A stretch of 64,000 nt of DNA from NCBI GenBank assembly GCA_964016885.1, contig OZ024747.1, positions 92,876,001 through 92,940,000 on the forward strand, given 5' to 3'. The notes beneath the pieces are model-generated. The model did no database searches, was not told the DNA's origin, and worked only from the letters and a program-made list of their open reading frames with translations. The DNA comes from Eledone cirrhosa. Lineage: Eukaryota. Positions 1-14,295 of this stretch are shown here, piece by piece (position 1 is the first letter of the stretch; each line of letters opens with the position of its first letter). Both the position numbers and the translations under genes were made by a program.

Positions 1-406
1 TGCATTAAATGATTTTCTTCAGGCACCAAAGCCTAGTAGTAAACATTCTTCTCCAGATCTAGAATACTAAAATATTCAAACTTAGCTAAATTTAGAATTA
101 TATGATCAATTTTATATAGTCCAACACAAACACACTTGATAAGACAACACTAGATGTTATTTTGAAGTGGAGATTCTGTACACTTCAATAGCTGCTCTAT
201 TATGCTTTTAGTAGAAAACACACACACATATTTGCTTGAATGAATTGGAAATAATGAAAATTATATTCAGTTACTATTTATTTTTATAGTGTCTTTTAAT
301 TAGAAAACCTTTCTTCTCCAAAGTGATATACTTGTTATATAATATCTTTGTTCAGTAGTTCAGTTTATGTTGCATAGAAATACGATTCTATTATATACCC
401 ATATAT

Positions 407-565
407 TGGTTTCTGATTTAGGCACAAGGCCAGAAATTTTGGGAGAGGGGAAAGTTGATTGAATCGACCCCAGCGCACAACTGGTACTTTATTTTATCAA
501 CCCTGTGAGGATGAAAAGCAAAGCTAACCTCAGTGGGATTTGAACTCAGACTGTAAAGAACCGTA
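407..565 (-). mobile_element. Meta-domain tRNA SINE (family A, long-tail subtype)
   Basis: Reverse complement of B-box gagttcaaatccc plus core ctttcatcc…gataaaataaagtaccag and tail ggccttgtgcctaaa. Forms an inverted pair with 781-938. Confidence 0.8.
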
Positions 566-780
566 ACTATATGCCATATTTACCCATATAATATACTTCT
601 AGACTCACTGTGAACATGTTGCAATTACCTCAGCATCCAGGATAAGAGTCGTGGATGAATTCACTGCCTTTACAGATCTTCAGAATGCACTCACACCAGA
701 ATGCACTCACACCTGGATGCTGAGGAATAGATGGCAATATTTTCTTGACGGAAAACATGGTTTATGGCATAGAGATACAG

Positions 781-938
781 CCTTTTATGATCTGAGTTCA
801 AATCCTGCCGCGGTTACCTTTGTTTTTCATCCTTATTGGGTCGATAACATAATGTACCAGTAATGCACTGGGATCGATTTAATTGACTTTCTCCTCACAC
901 AAAATTGTTGGCCTTGTGCTTAAATCAGAAACCAATAT
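781..938 (+). mobile_element. Family A SINE (long-tail subtype, 5' truncated)
   Basis: gagttcaaatcc B box, Meta-like core, tail ggccttgtgcttaaatcagaaacc. Confidence 0.8.
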
Positions 939-2581
939 TTTGTTATAGGATTTAGTAAATAAATTATTCTTGTTGAAAGATTATTTACATATAGCTCATA
1001 GTTGATTAGCTCCTATTAATTAACAACACTAACACAGTGTGATTGAGAATAAATGTGTGAGAGAATCCATATACAGTATGTTTATGTATAATAAGCATAC
1101 ATCTAATCTTGCTGTAAATATTTAAACTGCAAACATATTGCAACTACCTCAGCAGTCAGGCTAAGAGTATCAGATACATTTCACTGTCTTAACGGCCCTT
1201 CAGCACAATTAGATGAGTGGTCCCTTTTGCTTTTTTATATATTTAATTAGCCTGAATAAGACAAGAAATCTTTTGAACTTTTAAACAATGTTCCTTTTGT
1301 GCAAACCAATTTTGGTTTTATATGTTTATGTAATATTTTTCCAGCCAAAACTAATGTAGTGTTAGTATTTCAGTCTCCATTATAATGTTCTCCACATATG
1401 TTTTGATGTTAGATCGGATTTACACATGGTATTGTAGATGAGTCAACACAATATTATTTCATCTTTCATCTATAATACATAAGCATTGTTGAACCAACGA
1501 GGTTTTCTTCATAGTTGCTCAACTTGCTAGATATATTGTTTAAAAAAGGGAAAGATGCATTGATTAATGTAGTATAGTGTATAGTATTTATGAAAACATT
1601 ACTGGGTGGTCATGGATTGAATGGTTTTAATCATGGATCTATCCAACCAAAGCTGACTTGAGGCTAAATTGTTGCAATAACTTTGATATTGATCTTATAC
1701 TTTCAATTTCTTTCATTGATTTTCCAGTTTATGTAAGAGAAATAATCATAATTTTGTATTCATCACAAGTTTGTATACTCCATTACACCAAAGATGACTC
1801 ATAAGAATTATCAAATATTTAATTAACAATAATCTTTCTTCTATATGAGAAACACAAACAGTATACTCTAGAATGTTCCAAAAATTTATAGAAGTACCTT
1901 TTTAAATTTATTCATTAGAAACGCTAGGTCTAAAATTTCATGAAAAATAAAATATCTTAGAATTTTTTTAAATGTTTAAAATTAAATGTATTATTAAAAG
2001 TTCTAATAGTCACATAATTATTTGTTGATAGTTAAAGCTTTTGGAAAGATAAATTATTAATATTCTATAGTTTTGAATTACAAGTACAGTCAATCCAACA
2101 GGCTTCCAAACAATTTCCACCTACCCAATTTCCCTTACAAGATTCACCCAAGAGAGCATGTAGTGGGATTGAACCTGGGACGTAATGATTATAAAATGAA
2201 ACTCTTAACCATTTGGTCATACTGTATTGATGAGAGGAGAAGATACATGATAAAGATTGTGCTAAATGTAATTGGATGCTGAGGAAGGACTATCCAAGTT
2301 GAAAGACAAGCCAGATAATTAAGGAAAGAATAGTGGTTAAATATCTGTGTAGGAATATGTAAAAGAATGTGTTGTATGAAAGCAAAAGATTGTTGGGAAT
2401 GCGTGGAATTGTCTCAAAGAGCTTACAAACAAAAGAATAGCCTATTTGAGAACTCATACACTAACAACAACTACATTAATAACAACAATATTTTTTTACC
2501 ATATGCACAAGATAATTTTTTTAGGGGAGGAAGGTAATTCATTTGAGGCAAGTATATTTTAAGATTTTAGTCAGTGATGCC

Positions 2582-3020
2582 ACCACCAACACCACCACAA
2601 CAACAAAGGCAACAACAACAGCAGCAGCAACAATAAAACAACAACAACAACAACAGCAGCAGCAGCAACAGCAATAATACCAGCAACAGTATCAACAACA
2701 ACAATAAAAACAACAACACCAACAGCACAAACAACAGTAATAACAACAGCAGTATCAACAGCAACAACAATAAAAACAACAATAACAACAAAAGCAACAG
2801 CAGCAACAGCAGCAACAATAACAACAATAACAACAACAGCAACAACAACAATAGCAGTAGCAGCAACAACAGTAATAACAACAGCAACAACAACAACAGC
2901 AGCAGCAATAAAAACAACAGCAACAACGACAACAACAATAATAACAACAACAGTGTCAACAGTAACAACACTAAAAACAACAGCAGCAACACTAACAACA
3001 ATACCAGAACCACTACATTT
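2582..3020. repeat. Imperfect (CAA/CAG/TAA)n trinucleotide tract
   Basis: Seen directly. Explains the poly-L and poly-V pseudo-ORFs. Confidence 0.95.
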
Positions 3021-3033
3021 ATAATAGTAGTAA

Positions 3034-3442
3034 TAATTGTTTCTACTTTTTGGCACAAGGCCACCAATTACCCAGTACATTACTGGTACTTTATTTTATC
3101 GACCCCGTAAGGATGAAAGGCAAAGTTAACCTCGGCGGGATTTGAACTCAAATCATAAAGGGATGTAACTCTATGCTTCAAAGCATGGTGTCCGACTCTC
3201 TACCGATGGCGGGATTTGAACTCAGAATGGCAAGGGCCGTAACTCTATGCGTCAAAGCATGGCGTCCGACCCGCTACCGATGGCGGGATTTGAACTCAGA
3301 ATGGCAAGGGCCGTAACTCTATGCTTCAAAGCATGGTGTCCGACTCTCTACCAATGACGGGATTTGAACTCAAAATGGCAAGGGCCGTAACTCTATGCGT
3401 CAAAGCATGGCGTCCGACCCGCTACTGATACTGCCAGTCCAC
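3034..3442 (-). mobile_element. Family A SINE with four tandem 74-bp head units
   Basis: Units start at 3134, 3208, 3282 and 3356, each with gatttgaactc (B box on the minus strand). Confidence 0.9.
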
Positions 3443-3559
3443 CATAGTAGTAATAATAGTAATGTAAACAAACAATTCTTCCACTCTCCAACATATTCTA
3501 ACATACACACATATGTTGTAAACATAACAGAAGATATTTACAGTATGACAATAATACTA

Positions 3560-3752
3560 ATTATTGTTTCTACTTTTGGAACAAGGCCAGCAATTATCCC
3601 AGTGTATTACTGGTACTTTATTTCATCGACCCCGTAAGGATGAAAGGCAAAGTTAACCTTGGCGGAATTTGAACTCAGACCATAAAAGGCCGTAACTCTT
3701 TGCTAGAAAGCATGGCGTCCAACTCTCTACCGATACTGCCAATCCACCGCCC
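3560..3752 (-). mobile_element. Family A SINE, full length
   Basis: A box tggcagtatcgg, B box, core and tail are all present. Confidence 0.9.
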
Positions 3753-3857
3753 TTAATATAATAATACTAATAAGGATTTCTTTATCTGACGTCAACAGAT
3801 GAGAGGTCATTACAGGGACAGGTTATAGAATATGTTGAAGTTGACAAAAGAATTAAA

Positions 3858-4031
3858 TAATTGTTTCTACTTTTGGCACAAGGCCAGCAATTATCCCAGT
3901 GTATTACTGGTACTTTATTTTATCAACTCCGTAAGGATGAAAGGCAAAGTTAACCTTGGCGGGATTTGAACTCAGACCATAAAGGGCCGTAACTCTTTGC
4001 TGCAAAGCATGGCGTCCGACCCTCTACCGAT
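3858..4031 (-). mobile_element. Family A SINE, near full length
   Basis: Near identical to 3560-3752. Confidence 0.9.
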
Positions 4032-5571
4032 AAGGACTGATAATATGCATATTATACTAATATGTGTGACTGTTTAACCACCAGAGATGCTGCTCCAGCT
4101 GAACTGACAACAGGATACTATCCATGGTCAGTCCTGATGGAAGGAGGCCTTAGATTCTTTAGAAAGAACTCCCAGCTAGAGCCAGGCACAGAACCTCACA
4201 GATCCAGGATTATGCCGACTACCAAGAGTAGGTACCCTCTTCCATCTATGTTCTCTAGCTTATAGGTGAATGCTAAGTGTAGCCTCAGCCACCTTAACTG
4301 TGCTTGTCACTCACAACAACCTTTTAACTAATTTACTGGCAGGAAGCACCTCTACCTTCTCCACCTATACCTTCCTTTCCAAGTGGAACTTGAAAACATT
4401 GATGAAGACTTGGGCAAAAAGAAAAGTGTCTGTCCTTAACCCTTTCATTCATGACTACCATACGATCTTTGTTGCTACAACGCAGAACAAAATTGCCTGT
4501 TGTTCTTGGTCAAAGGACAGTAATGGGGCAATCATCATGGTGTACTCAGCTAATTGCTTGATCCATCCTACATGCAACAATAGCTATTTCACAAAACTTC
4601 ATAATTTGGCAATACTTGGAAACTAAATGTGTGCATGCAGAATGTTTTTTTTTTCTCTGCACCCATCTTCAACAGATCTAAGCTGATGATAATTCTATGC
4701 CTGTAGAGTTGATCTCGAATCAGCAATGCCTACTAGTAGCAGTTAAGCCAGGGATTTCTAGCAATTATCTTGAGTCCTTAAGCTGAAATTCCTTTGGAAC
4801 AAACATACCAGCTAGTTGATTCTTGTCAACGTTCAAAGTTTCTCTGAGAACGGTGACACTCTTCCATTCCACTATTTCTCTATAGGCAGCTAATGTGGTA
4901 GTTCCAATGGCTGCATTGTCTGATTGGTAGAGGACTGACTGTCAGTACCTGATGACATTCTAGACGTCAGGCTCCCAGTCTTCATCTTCACTTGACCCAG
5001 AACTGCAGCTCTATCAAATACATAATATTTAGAAAAATATACCTAACAAAAAGTGAGCACACATCTACTCACTGGCCTGCAATCACTGCAGATGCTGCAG
5101 ATTCAACATGTCAGCATATCAATAACTACAGTATACTGAGCTCTCAAAACAGAGGGTAGTGGCAGTAAATGGATTACCTGACCTGCAGAACATGTCCTTT
5201 CTGCAAGAAGTGGAAGAGCAGATGTCCCAATCTAGTCAGACAAAAACTAGGGTAAGACTTGATGATCACACAATAATATGTGATACAGGCAATGAATGCA
5301 TTCACCATCTCTTCTCAGCCTTTTAGCAATAGCGTCTTCTCTGCTAATTTCTGAGTAAGACTGAGTAGTCTGCTTGCAAACTCATCCCAATTTCTATCTA
5401 CTAGAAAGTTCAGACCAAACAAAACTCCAAGTATCTTAGCCAACCTATTGATACAGTGCTTCACAAAGCTGGCCTAAAGCATGAATTTGTTTCCCCAGAT
5501 TCTTAGTTGCAAGCCTACTGATTTAACAGGTAAATCTTTGTTCCTGTTACCACCTTGTATTATTTTAGAAT

Positions 5572-5681
5572 AAATCCCGCCGAGGTTAACTTTGCCTTTC
5601 ATCCTTACGGGGTCGATAAAATAAAGTACCAGTAATACACTGGAATAATTGCTGGCCTTGTGCCAAGAGTAGAAACAATTA
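5572..5681 (+). mobile_element. 5'-truncated family A SINE nested in the Tx1/L1 relic
   Basis: 15-bp TSD attattttagaataa on both sides. Confidence 0.9.
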
Positions 5682-6285
5682 TTTTAGAATAACATACACT
5701 ACCTGGATCTTTTGTGTGTCTGGTTTCATTACAGTGATGTCTGCATATTCCAGCATGACTCAGTTGCATCCCAATCTGAACAGGTTACTTCTCAATAACT
5801 CTAATTTCCACAGTTGTAACTTGAGAATCAGTACATACAGAAGCAATGATACATGACATCCTTGATAGACTGAGCAAAGGATTTGAAACAATCCCAATTG
5901 GTGACCATTTTTGTCTGGCCATCAAGCAGAGATCCCTTTACATTTAAATGACCCAGCCTCAGAAAATGGAACCCAAACCAGTTGCTCTGTTGTCAATGTA
6001 AAGTAGCAATGGTCAACTGTATTAAGCACTTTTGATTTATCCAAAATGATCCAAGCTCTTCTGAAACCATGTTTGTTACCCTCCCTCTGTATGATGTATT
6101 GTATAAGGTGACGGTAGTTATAAATAGATCTGCCTGGGGTTATACAAGTCTGCACCAATGGTAAACACCAGCCTCTTTGTTAATTCTTCGATGAAAATCT
6201 TAAACTCTACATTCATTATGTACTGGAAATTATAGATGATGTCCTTTGTTCACATTTTAATTTTTTTTAAGAACAAAGAAATATT

Positions 6286-6697
6286 TATTGTACCAGTTAA
6301 CTACTGAGGTCAATTTAATCAACATTCCTGTATTGTACCAGTTAACTCCTGGGGTCCATTTAATCGACATTCTTTTATTGTACCAGTTAACTACTGGGGT
6401 CAATTTAATCAACATTCCTGTATTGTACCAGTTAACTCCTGGGGTCCATTTAATCGACATTCTTTTATTGTACCAGTTAACTCCTGGGTCCATTTATCAA
6501 CATTTCTTTATTGTACCAGTTAACTCCTGGGGTCCATTTATCAACATTTCTTTATTGTACCAGTTAACTACTGACGTCCATTTAATCAACATTCCTGTAT
6601 TGTACCAGTTAACTACTGAGGTCGATCTAATCAACATTTCTGTATTGTACCAGTTAACTACTGAGGTCGATCTAATCAACATTCCTTTATTATACCA
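6286..6697 (+). repeat. 45-bp minisatellite (~9 units) derived from a SINE segment
   Basis: Unit ttgtaccagttaactactgaggtcaatttaatcaacattcctgta. The first units alternate as a 90-bp dimer. Confidence 0.92.
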
Positions 6698-7488
6698 CAA
6701 CTATGCAATCATCCCCCAGCTCACAGAACTGGTAATTATCACATTCTGCAGTCTAGATGTTTACAAAGAGCTTGGTGAATAATTCAGGCATGTATACTTA
6801 GAGAGAGGACCATTCAAGCCAAATGGTTTTCTACACATACAACCATATATTACTTACTGTATACCAACCCTTGTTATTAACTTTTCACAGCACTTGACTT
6901 TTTTTCTTGGAGCCTTGTCAGGCTATCGAGGCAGGCACTAAAATCCACTACCATCTCTGGTTCATCACCACTGCTTCTTTCCCCCAAAAGTTGAAAAATT
7001 GCTACCGGAAAGCTGCAAGCATCTGCTTTGTATTGATTAGCACATGCCTGCCTCTACTAGTTCATCAAAGTTTAAATTATGACTATGTAGTCAAGTCCCA
7101 CTTCTGTCATCTGGGCCCATAGGATGGCTTGTGTTCCCTCATGTTTAAGATCACATGTCTCAACTCTGGCAAAACAACTTTTGTGTTTCCCGGGACAAAA
7201 TATTTTTTGACTGCTGTTGACATTTATGAATGGAAGCTTCTCAATGTGAATTTCAACTTTTCTAGCAAACACTGTAAAACTTAGATATTTTGAAACTCCT
7301 GACCTTCTTGACATCTAATTGTCAGATAATGATTCTATTTTTTCAAGGGGACAATTTTGGAGGTTTATATTTTTAACCCTTTAGCATTTAAATTGGCCGT
7401 ATCAATATCAAGGACACTTCATATGAAAGTAGTAATGTATCCATGCTCTATGTCAATAGTATAGATTTTGATGTTAAAGATATCTACT

Positions 7489-7716
7489 TTAACCCTTCAG
7501 CATTTAAACTAGCTGGATCCAGTCAGAATTCTCTCAACTCTTTCTGTTCAAACTGGCCATAGCTGGCCAGTCATACTGACATTATGGTATTTTTCTCAAA
7601 ATAAATAACATCAAACTCTCATAGATTCAATATTATGTGAGTTATTATGTAAGATAAAGCCTTAACCACAAAAATACAGTAGTTTATATAAAGTAATGTA
7701 AATGCTAAAGGGTTAA
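7489..7716 (+). mobile_element. piggyBac-type MITE family C
   Basis: TTAA|CCCTTCAGCATTTA ... TAAATGCTAAAGGG|TTAA. Confidence 0.88.
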
Positions 7717-8093
7717 ACAGTATACAACATGTAGCTAGTGTGTCCTATCACCCATGTCTATATTATATCCAATGTCTATACTAAGAAGGAGGCTGTCCAA
7801 ACTTTAAGAATGTGAAACAGAAATAAACAAGATATGAAACATAAAAGTAAAAACAGTACCGATAAGGATTAGTTCTACTAAGTGTGATAAACAAAAAATA
7901 CAAAGGTGCACAACGTTACACAGAACCCAAAAGATAGACCTACTAAGAGCAGCTTACATCCTATGCAAAGCATGTTTAATGAAATAACTACCTAATAATC
8001 TATACAATCAACACTAAATAAAAATAACACACACACACTTCTACATAACTGAAACTCAACACTATAAAACCAACAACTCATATTGTACACAGC

Positions 8094-8235
8094 TGTGCCA
8101 GCAATTTTTTGGGACAGGGAAAATGTATTACTGGTGTTTTATTTTATTGACCCCCATAAGGATGAAAAGCAAAGCTCATCTCAGCAGGATTCGAACTCAG
8201 AACATAAAGGACCATAACTATATAACTGCAAAAGC
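8094..8235 (-). mobile_element. Degenerate family A SINE
   Basis: gacccc…gatgaaa…ttcgaactcag core. Confidence 0.7.
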
Positions 8236-8739
8236 ATACTAATAATAGTAAAGTAGCATAATCATTCACCATAAACTGTATTTGACATTGGGAAAGCTGG
8301 AAATGTGTGCAGATTATATCTGTGTTAATATAGATATCACAGTAAGTCCTGTTGACATCATTAACCCTGTGCTTTCAGTAAAATATCAAAATAGAAAGAC
8401 TATAAGATTAAAATAAATCAGGGATGAAGGTAAGAGAAACGGGGAGCTGAAGAAGTAACAGCAAAGACATAAATCCTGTTTAGAATCATGTTCTGTTCAT
8501 ACAAAACAACCATTCCATAACTGAATTGATATAACCACAAACCTCTCTCTCTCTCTGTATATATATATATATCCTTATCATCATCATCATCATTCATCAT
8601 CATCATCATCATCACCATCATCTATAACCACAACTAATACAACAGTAATATATGATAACAAATAATAATAATGTTAGAAATTGTATAACCATCAAAAACC
8701 TTGGCAATATCTAACAGATTAAAAGAAAACAACCATTTT

Positions 8740-9090
8740 CTGCCCATTTTACCTACTAAAGTAGGAGTGTTAGACTTGAGGGCCTCACATGCTTCTTCAT
8801 TTTTCTATCTGCATCACCCCTCACCTGTTCTTGGCTTTAATTTCCTCCTCCATCATTTTAGCCATATTTTTCTTGGTCTTCCCCTTCCTCTACTTCTTCC
8901 ACATTCATTTCTATCACTCTTCTCTCCTCAACACATGACCTAACCATCTCATTCTATTTCTTGAACCATCAATTCTAGCTCTACTCCTATCATCCTCTGC
9001 AATTCATCATTTATCTTCCTCTCTTAGTGATACTCCACTCATCCACCAAACCATTCTCATGTCCATTCTTTCCAACCTTCTCTGCTACCA
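8740..9090 (-). mobile_element. RTE-clade LINE 3' fragment
   Basis: Minus-strand remnants WMSGVSL, RNRMRWLGHVLRRE and GRSRGRGRPRKIW are typical of the RTE ORF2 C-terminus. Confidence 0.8.
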
Positions 9091-10109
9091 GATTAGAATT
9101 TACTAACTTATTCAAAGACAAAAAAAATGCTACACTACTAAGGAATGTGTAGGTAGATTTAGCATTACAGACAAAAACGTATGTGAAGCCATCTAATAAA
9201 GAAATGAAATAAAATCGAATTTATGTATAGAGAATTAATTCTTATAAATAAATGAAGAAAATATTAACAAGCTTATAAAATATACTAAATGTGGTTTAAA
9301 ATGAATAGAATCAGGTGACAAACACTCAAGACTAGAAATTGTGTTTTAGATTTTGAAATAACTGTTTCTAAACGAATGTACACCATTTGTAATGAAAAAA
9401 ATATTTATATATTATATCACTATAAAAAGTAATTTAAAATATGTGAAATAACTCTATTGATATATTTTTGTAAAAACTATTTAACTATAATTTATTTCTG
9501 TGTTATAGAACTAAATAAGGGAAAATAGCCAGGAGAATTTACTCAGGGATACCTTCTGCATAAAAGACAGAGTTAGGTGGAAGTTAGTATAATTTAGTAA
9601 GACCCCAAAATATGTAATTAATTAAAATTACACTTATAATGATGAGGGGAAAACCATTAGATTTATTAATTAACTTTGGTCAACATCTGTTATGGTTCAT
9701 TCAATAAAAATCTTTATATATGTCAATATTCCAGACTAAAAACACTGCTTTGTTCAGGAGATCTAAGATCAAATCTTGTTCAGAGTTGATATCACACTTG
9801 CTGAAGATAATACACTTTCCCCACTGCATACCCTGGTAGTATTTTTAATTAATTTGTATTTCGGAGTTGTCTTCCTTGATTTTCTTGACTAGAAATGTGT
9901 GCAGATTATGTATGCATTAATATAGATATCACAGTAAGTCCCATTTACATCATTAACCCTGTGCTCTCAATATAATACCAAATTATAAAGACTATGGTTT
10001 TCTTCATTCACTAGATTGTAGCATTCAATTTGAATTTGATACTGATGTCACAAAGAGGAAACTGTGCAAAAACAGTCATGTAAGTGAAAGGAGGTTTACT
10101 CTAAAAGAT

Positions 10110-10344
10110 TTAACCCTTTTGATACCAAACTGCCCCTGGTTCAACAATGCAAAACTGCTTCTTTTAGAGTGCTTATATTAATCTAAAAATATTCCATCAC
10201 AATTATAGAGCCTTTGTTAAGTTATGTTCCAAAAATAGTTTAATAATAAGAAAGTTATTTTACTAAATTCCTCCAAAATATTTTTAGATGATCAAAAGAT
10301 TATAGGCAGTGAATTTCCTTCAAATATGGTAACAAAAGGATTAA
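10110..10344 (+). mobile_element. piggyBac-type MITE family D
   Basis: TTAA|CCCTTTTGATACCA ... TGGTAACAAAAGGA|TTAA. Related degenerate copies at ~14538-14970, 15425-15680, 15923-16185, 27490-27719, 52830-53037 (reverse) and 53404-53713. Confidence 0.8.
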
Positions 10345-11134
10345 ACTCAGAACAGTAAGGTACTCAACTAGTTAAAGAAAATAATCCAAGTAAGCAATCT
10401 GTTGACTTGGTTGTTTCTAAAGTTATATTAAAAATTCCACAAATAATGTTTCACACCCCCTCTTTGTTTTTTTATAGCATAGTTAATTGATATGAAAAGA
10501 GATTTAAAGTTGCTTTATTTTTGTTTAAAAACATCATACATTTTCAGAGCAAGGTTTTCAAATGAATATGTTACAGAGTTTATAATAAAAATTAATAAAA
10601 TAGACAGAATATAAATAATATTAATTAAAAAAAAACTTAAAAAGAAAACACTAAACAAATGTTTACTGATGACAGTGCTGTACAAGATATTACTATAAAC
10701 AAGCTGGCAAGGTCTCTTGAAGTAGGAAAAAATACATTTATGTTTCTCATAAACATTAAAGATCATAGTCTGTATCAATTCATGAGGAAGAAATAGAATA
10801 TTGCAAAACAAAACTTCTAAACAGACAATTTAGACCTCGGTAATTTAAAGTTAACCTTCCATAAAGTCTGTGAAGTTGTTCTGTCTTGGTGAGATGACAA
10901 TGATGATGATGAGGGTAAAGATGATAATGATAATGAGTAAGATAAAAGATACTATGACAGCAGTTAGTATACAGAAACAAGAATCTACCTAGTAGTAAAA
11001 AATGCATAAGATATATTTTATAACCAGACATACTTGTGTATCATCAGTATATGTATTGAGTGCCTATGTGCGTTGATATATGTGTATGTATATATACATA
11101 TATCTATATATTCATCATACATACATATATATAA

Positions 11135-11177
<43 letters not shown>

Positions 11178-12929
11178 TACATATATATATATATCCCCAC
11201 ACATTTATAATACATTTATTTATGAGTGTATATAAGTATATAAAAGATATGGTTTAAAATAACTTGTCAACCATCATTATTCCAAGTGAGCCAATGTAAA
11301 AATCTATGTTACAATAGTTTAATAACTTCAATTATGAAATAATTAAGCCAATATATTAGATAATTTGAGTTTAGAAAATAATGCAATCATTTCCCATGAA
11401 CAGAATGTTCTAGCATTTCGTTTCTAATTTAGAAATTATATCATCAATGCATTTCTCTTATTTCATAAATATTACTTTTCTAGTAAAAGTAGAATATTGA
11501 TATAAAATACCAACAGATGTATAAATACATTTTAAATATACAAATACAAAATTTCAAATATAAAAGTAAAATAATAGAAAGGAAAATGAAAGCAAAACGT
11601 CTTTTTTTTAAAAAAAAGTACACTTTATTAATAATCGAAATAGTCATACATATACATTTGAACATAACCAGTAAAATTATTAAATTAGATGTCAAAAAGG
11701 AAGTAAAAAAAAAATAAATAAAAATAAACACTTCAAAACATTTGTTTTATTTTTTTTCTTTTAACTCGTAAATTTGAATTATGAAAGGTGAAGCCTTGTG
11801 TTTTTCATTTTTATAAATTGTCTCTTCATTAAAAATTTAATATATATTTTAGGATTAATCAAGATAATGATAAATAAGTTGGGAAGGAATGTTAAAAGGT
11901 GTGATTAGATGTATCAACTGATGTCTCTTGTTTAAAGTTGTAATTCTGAAGCAAAGAAGAAGAGAAATGTGATTCCCCTTTCTTTAGCAGAAGTTAAAGA
12001 ATTAAAGCAGTGTTTGAATCTCATATTCAGCAGTGTGAAGAAATAACATTTCCCCTAAAATAAATGTTTTTCTTATGCATTGAAATATATAAGTACACAA
12101 TATATGGAGATTACTAAAGTATGTTCCAACCTTATATATTGAGATCACTTTAAAGGTTTAAAACAATCTCAGATATGAACAATTCTACAAAAGCAAGCAG
12201 AATACAAATTATCAACATACATCTAGTTGATTAGAAAATGGCTAGATGTTATGAAGCAAATTAGTGTTGTAAGTGCTTCAAAAACTTTCTATGATTCAAT
12301 TAAGTGGCCACAAAGCATTAAAAAAGCCAAAATTATTTAACCAAGATGAATTCTTTCACAAAGTTATTACAAATTCATAGTCTGGAAACTTCTATTAAAA
12401 TGAATAAAAGCTAGATTGAAATAACTATAAAGAAGCATCTTAGAAAGTGATTCATAATAATAAAAAATAAATAAATAAAATAAAAACAAAGCCAGAAGAT
12501 GGTTTATTTGATGGTAAAAAATATATCCAAGAGCTGTGCATGTGTTAATGAAGGTATTGTTTAAAAATGAAGTCTATAGACAGTAAAGTTGCAAATGAGA
12601 TACAGAAAATGAATAAATTGCATTATATCAATACCAATGAGGAACAAGGGAAACAAATTATTGGATAAGCACAAAATATTATCAAGAATAAGAAGACACT
12701 AAAAGCAAATTCCTAAGAGAACAGCATAAAACATCAAACTAACATTAAGCAAACTATTTAAAAGATTTTTTTTTTTTGGAAAATACATGACAAATAGTTA
12801 TTAAAATTATATATCAACTATAAATACTTTTTGTTTGAAGAAAATAAATCTTTATTGCAATTAATATACTTAATTTGTTGAATTAGAAATTTTTTCTTCT
12901 AAGTATAAATAGAAAAAAAATAAACATCT

Positions 12930-13111
12930 TATATATATGAATATATATATATATGTATATGTGTGTATGTATGTATGTATGTACATATACATACTTCAAA
13001 TGGAAGGCAGGACAAAACAACTTTTCCATTCATCAGCTACTTGTAGTGGGCAACCTGGGTTTTTGGTGGTATGAAATATATACATGCACAAATACATACA
13101 CACACACAAAC

Positions 13112-13168
<57 letters not shown>

Positions 13169-13186
13169 TCACACACACATATATAT

Positions 13187-13227
<41 letters not shown>

Positions 13228-13732
13228 AATATGTGTGTGTGAGTATTTATGTATATATATATACATATATATATGTGTGTGTGTGAGTATTTATGTATAT
13301 ATATAAACATATATATATGTGTGTGTGTACATAAATACACACAAATATATATATATATATATACAAGGTGTCCCCAAAAATGTATAGATATTTCAACAGC
13401 ATTTTAATCAAAGTGTGTATACACTTTTGGAAGACCCTGTATATAGAGACTAGTTAATCAACTTCTAACACAAATAGATTTTCACTAATATTTTTGTGTC
13501 TTCTGATGTTCTCAGTGTGAATATTGACATCACTATGATATCTTTATCTATCTATCTATCCATATATACAAACATATACATACATATATGTGTCTATACA
13601 CAAATATATATACATACACATACATATACTTATATATATATATGTATGTATATATGTGTATGTATATATATATATATGTGTGTGTATGTGTATATATATA
13701 TATAAGTGTATATATATATATATATATATAAG

Positions 13733-13767
<35 letters not shown>

Positions 13768-14250
13768 ATGTATATGTATGTATATATATATATATATATA
13801 TTATGTATGTATTCATATATATTGTTGCTGGAAAGTGGAGTTGTAAGTAATCACTAAAGAAAGAGTGCTCAATAAGTAAACATAGAGGTAAATGTACTAT
13901 ATAACCTAGGAAAGTATACACCAGTTTGCCATGTATTTTATATAATACAGTATATATATATATATATACATATAATACAGTATATATATATATATATACA
14001 TACACATATACATACACATTATTTCTGAAGACAGCATATATATGTGTAGGTATGTGTATTCCCTCTGATAGTTTGTAAAAATTTTACGTAGATATATATG
14101 ATATACATACCAAAACACACATATATATCCTAGAAACGATCGTAAAATGATGAATTTTTTAATATAAGGAAATGTTTCTTTGTTTTTATTCATTATTTTT
14201 ATTAATTTACATACACACATATATATATATATATATACATACACATATAC

Positions 14251-14295
<45 letters not shown>

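Larger units (their letters stand above)
4300..7320 (-). mobile_element. Decayed Tx1/L1-type non-LTR retrotransposon ORF2 (RT plus C-terminal Zn motif)
   Basis: Ordered minus-strand remnants: KPFGLNG (~KSPGLDG, ~6820), NVEFKIFIEELTKRL (~6200), QTCITPGRSIY..LDKSKVLNTVDH (6158-6010), SVYQGCHVSLLLYVL (~5860), EYADITV (~5740), KILGVLFG..RNWDE (~5420), degenerate CCHC-like ILHAHI*FPSI (~4630). Many stops and frameshifts. Confidence 0.85.

Noticed and set aside
2567-3080. Poly-Leu/poly-Val membrane-protein ORFs
   Set aside because: Translations of a trinucleotide microsatellite.
6286-6697. CRISPR-like array or 164-aa repeat protein
   Set aside because: Units are contiguous with no unique spacers, there are no cas genes, the context is eukaryotic, and the unit appears SINE-derived.
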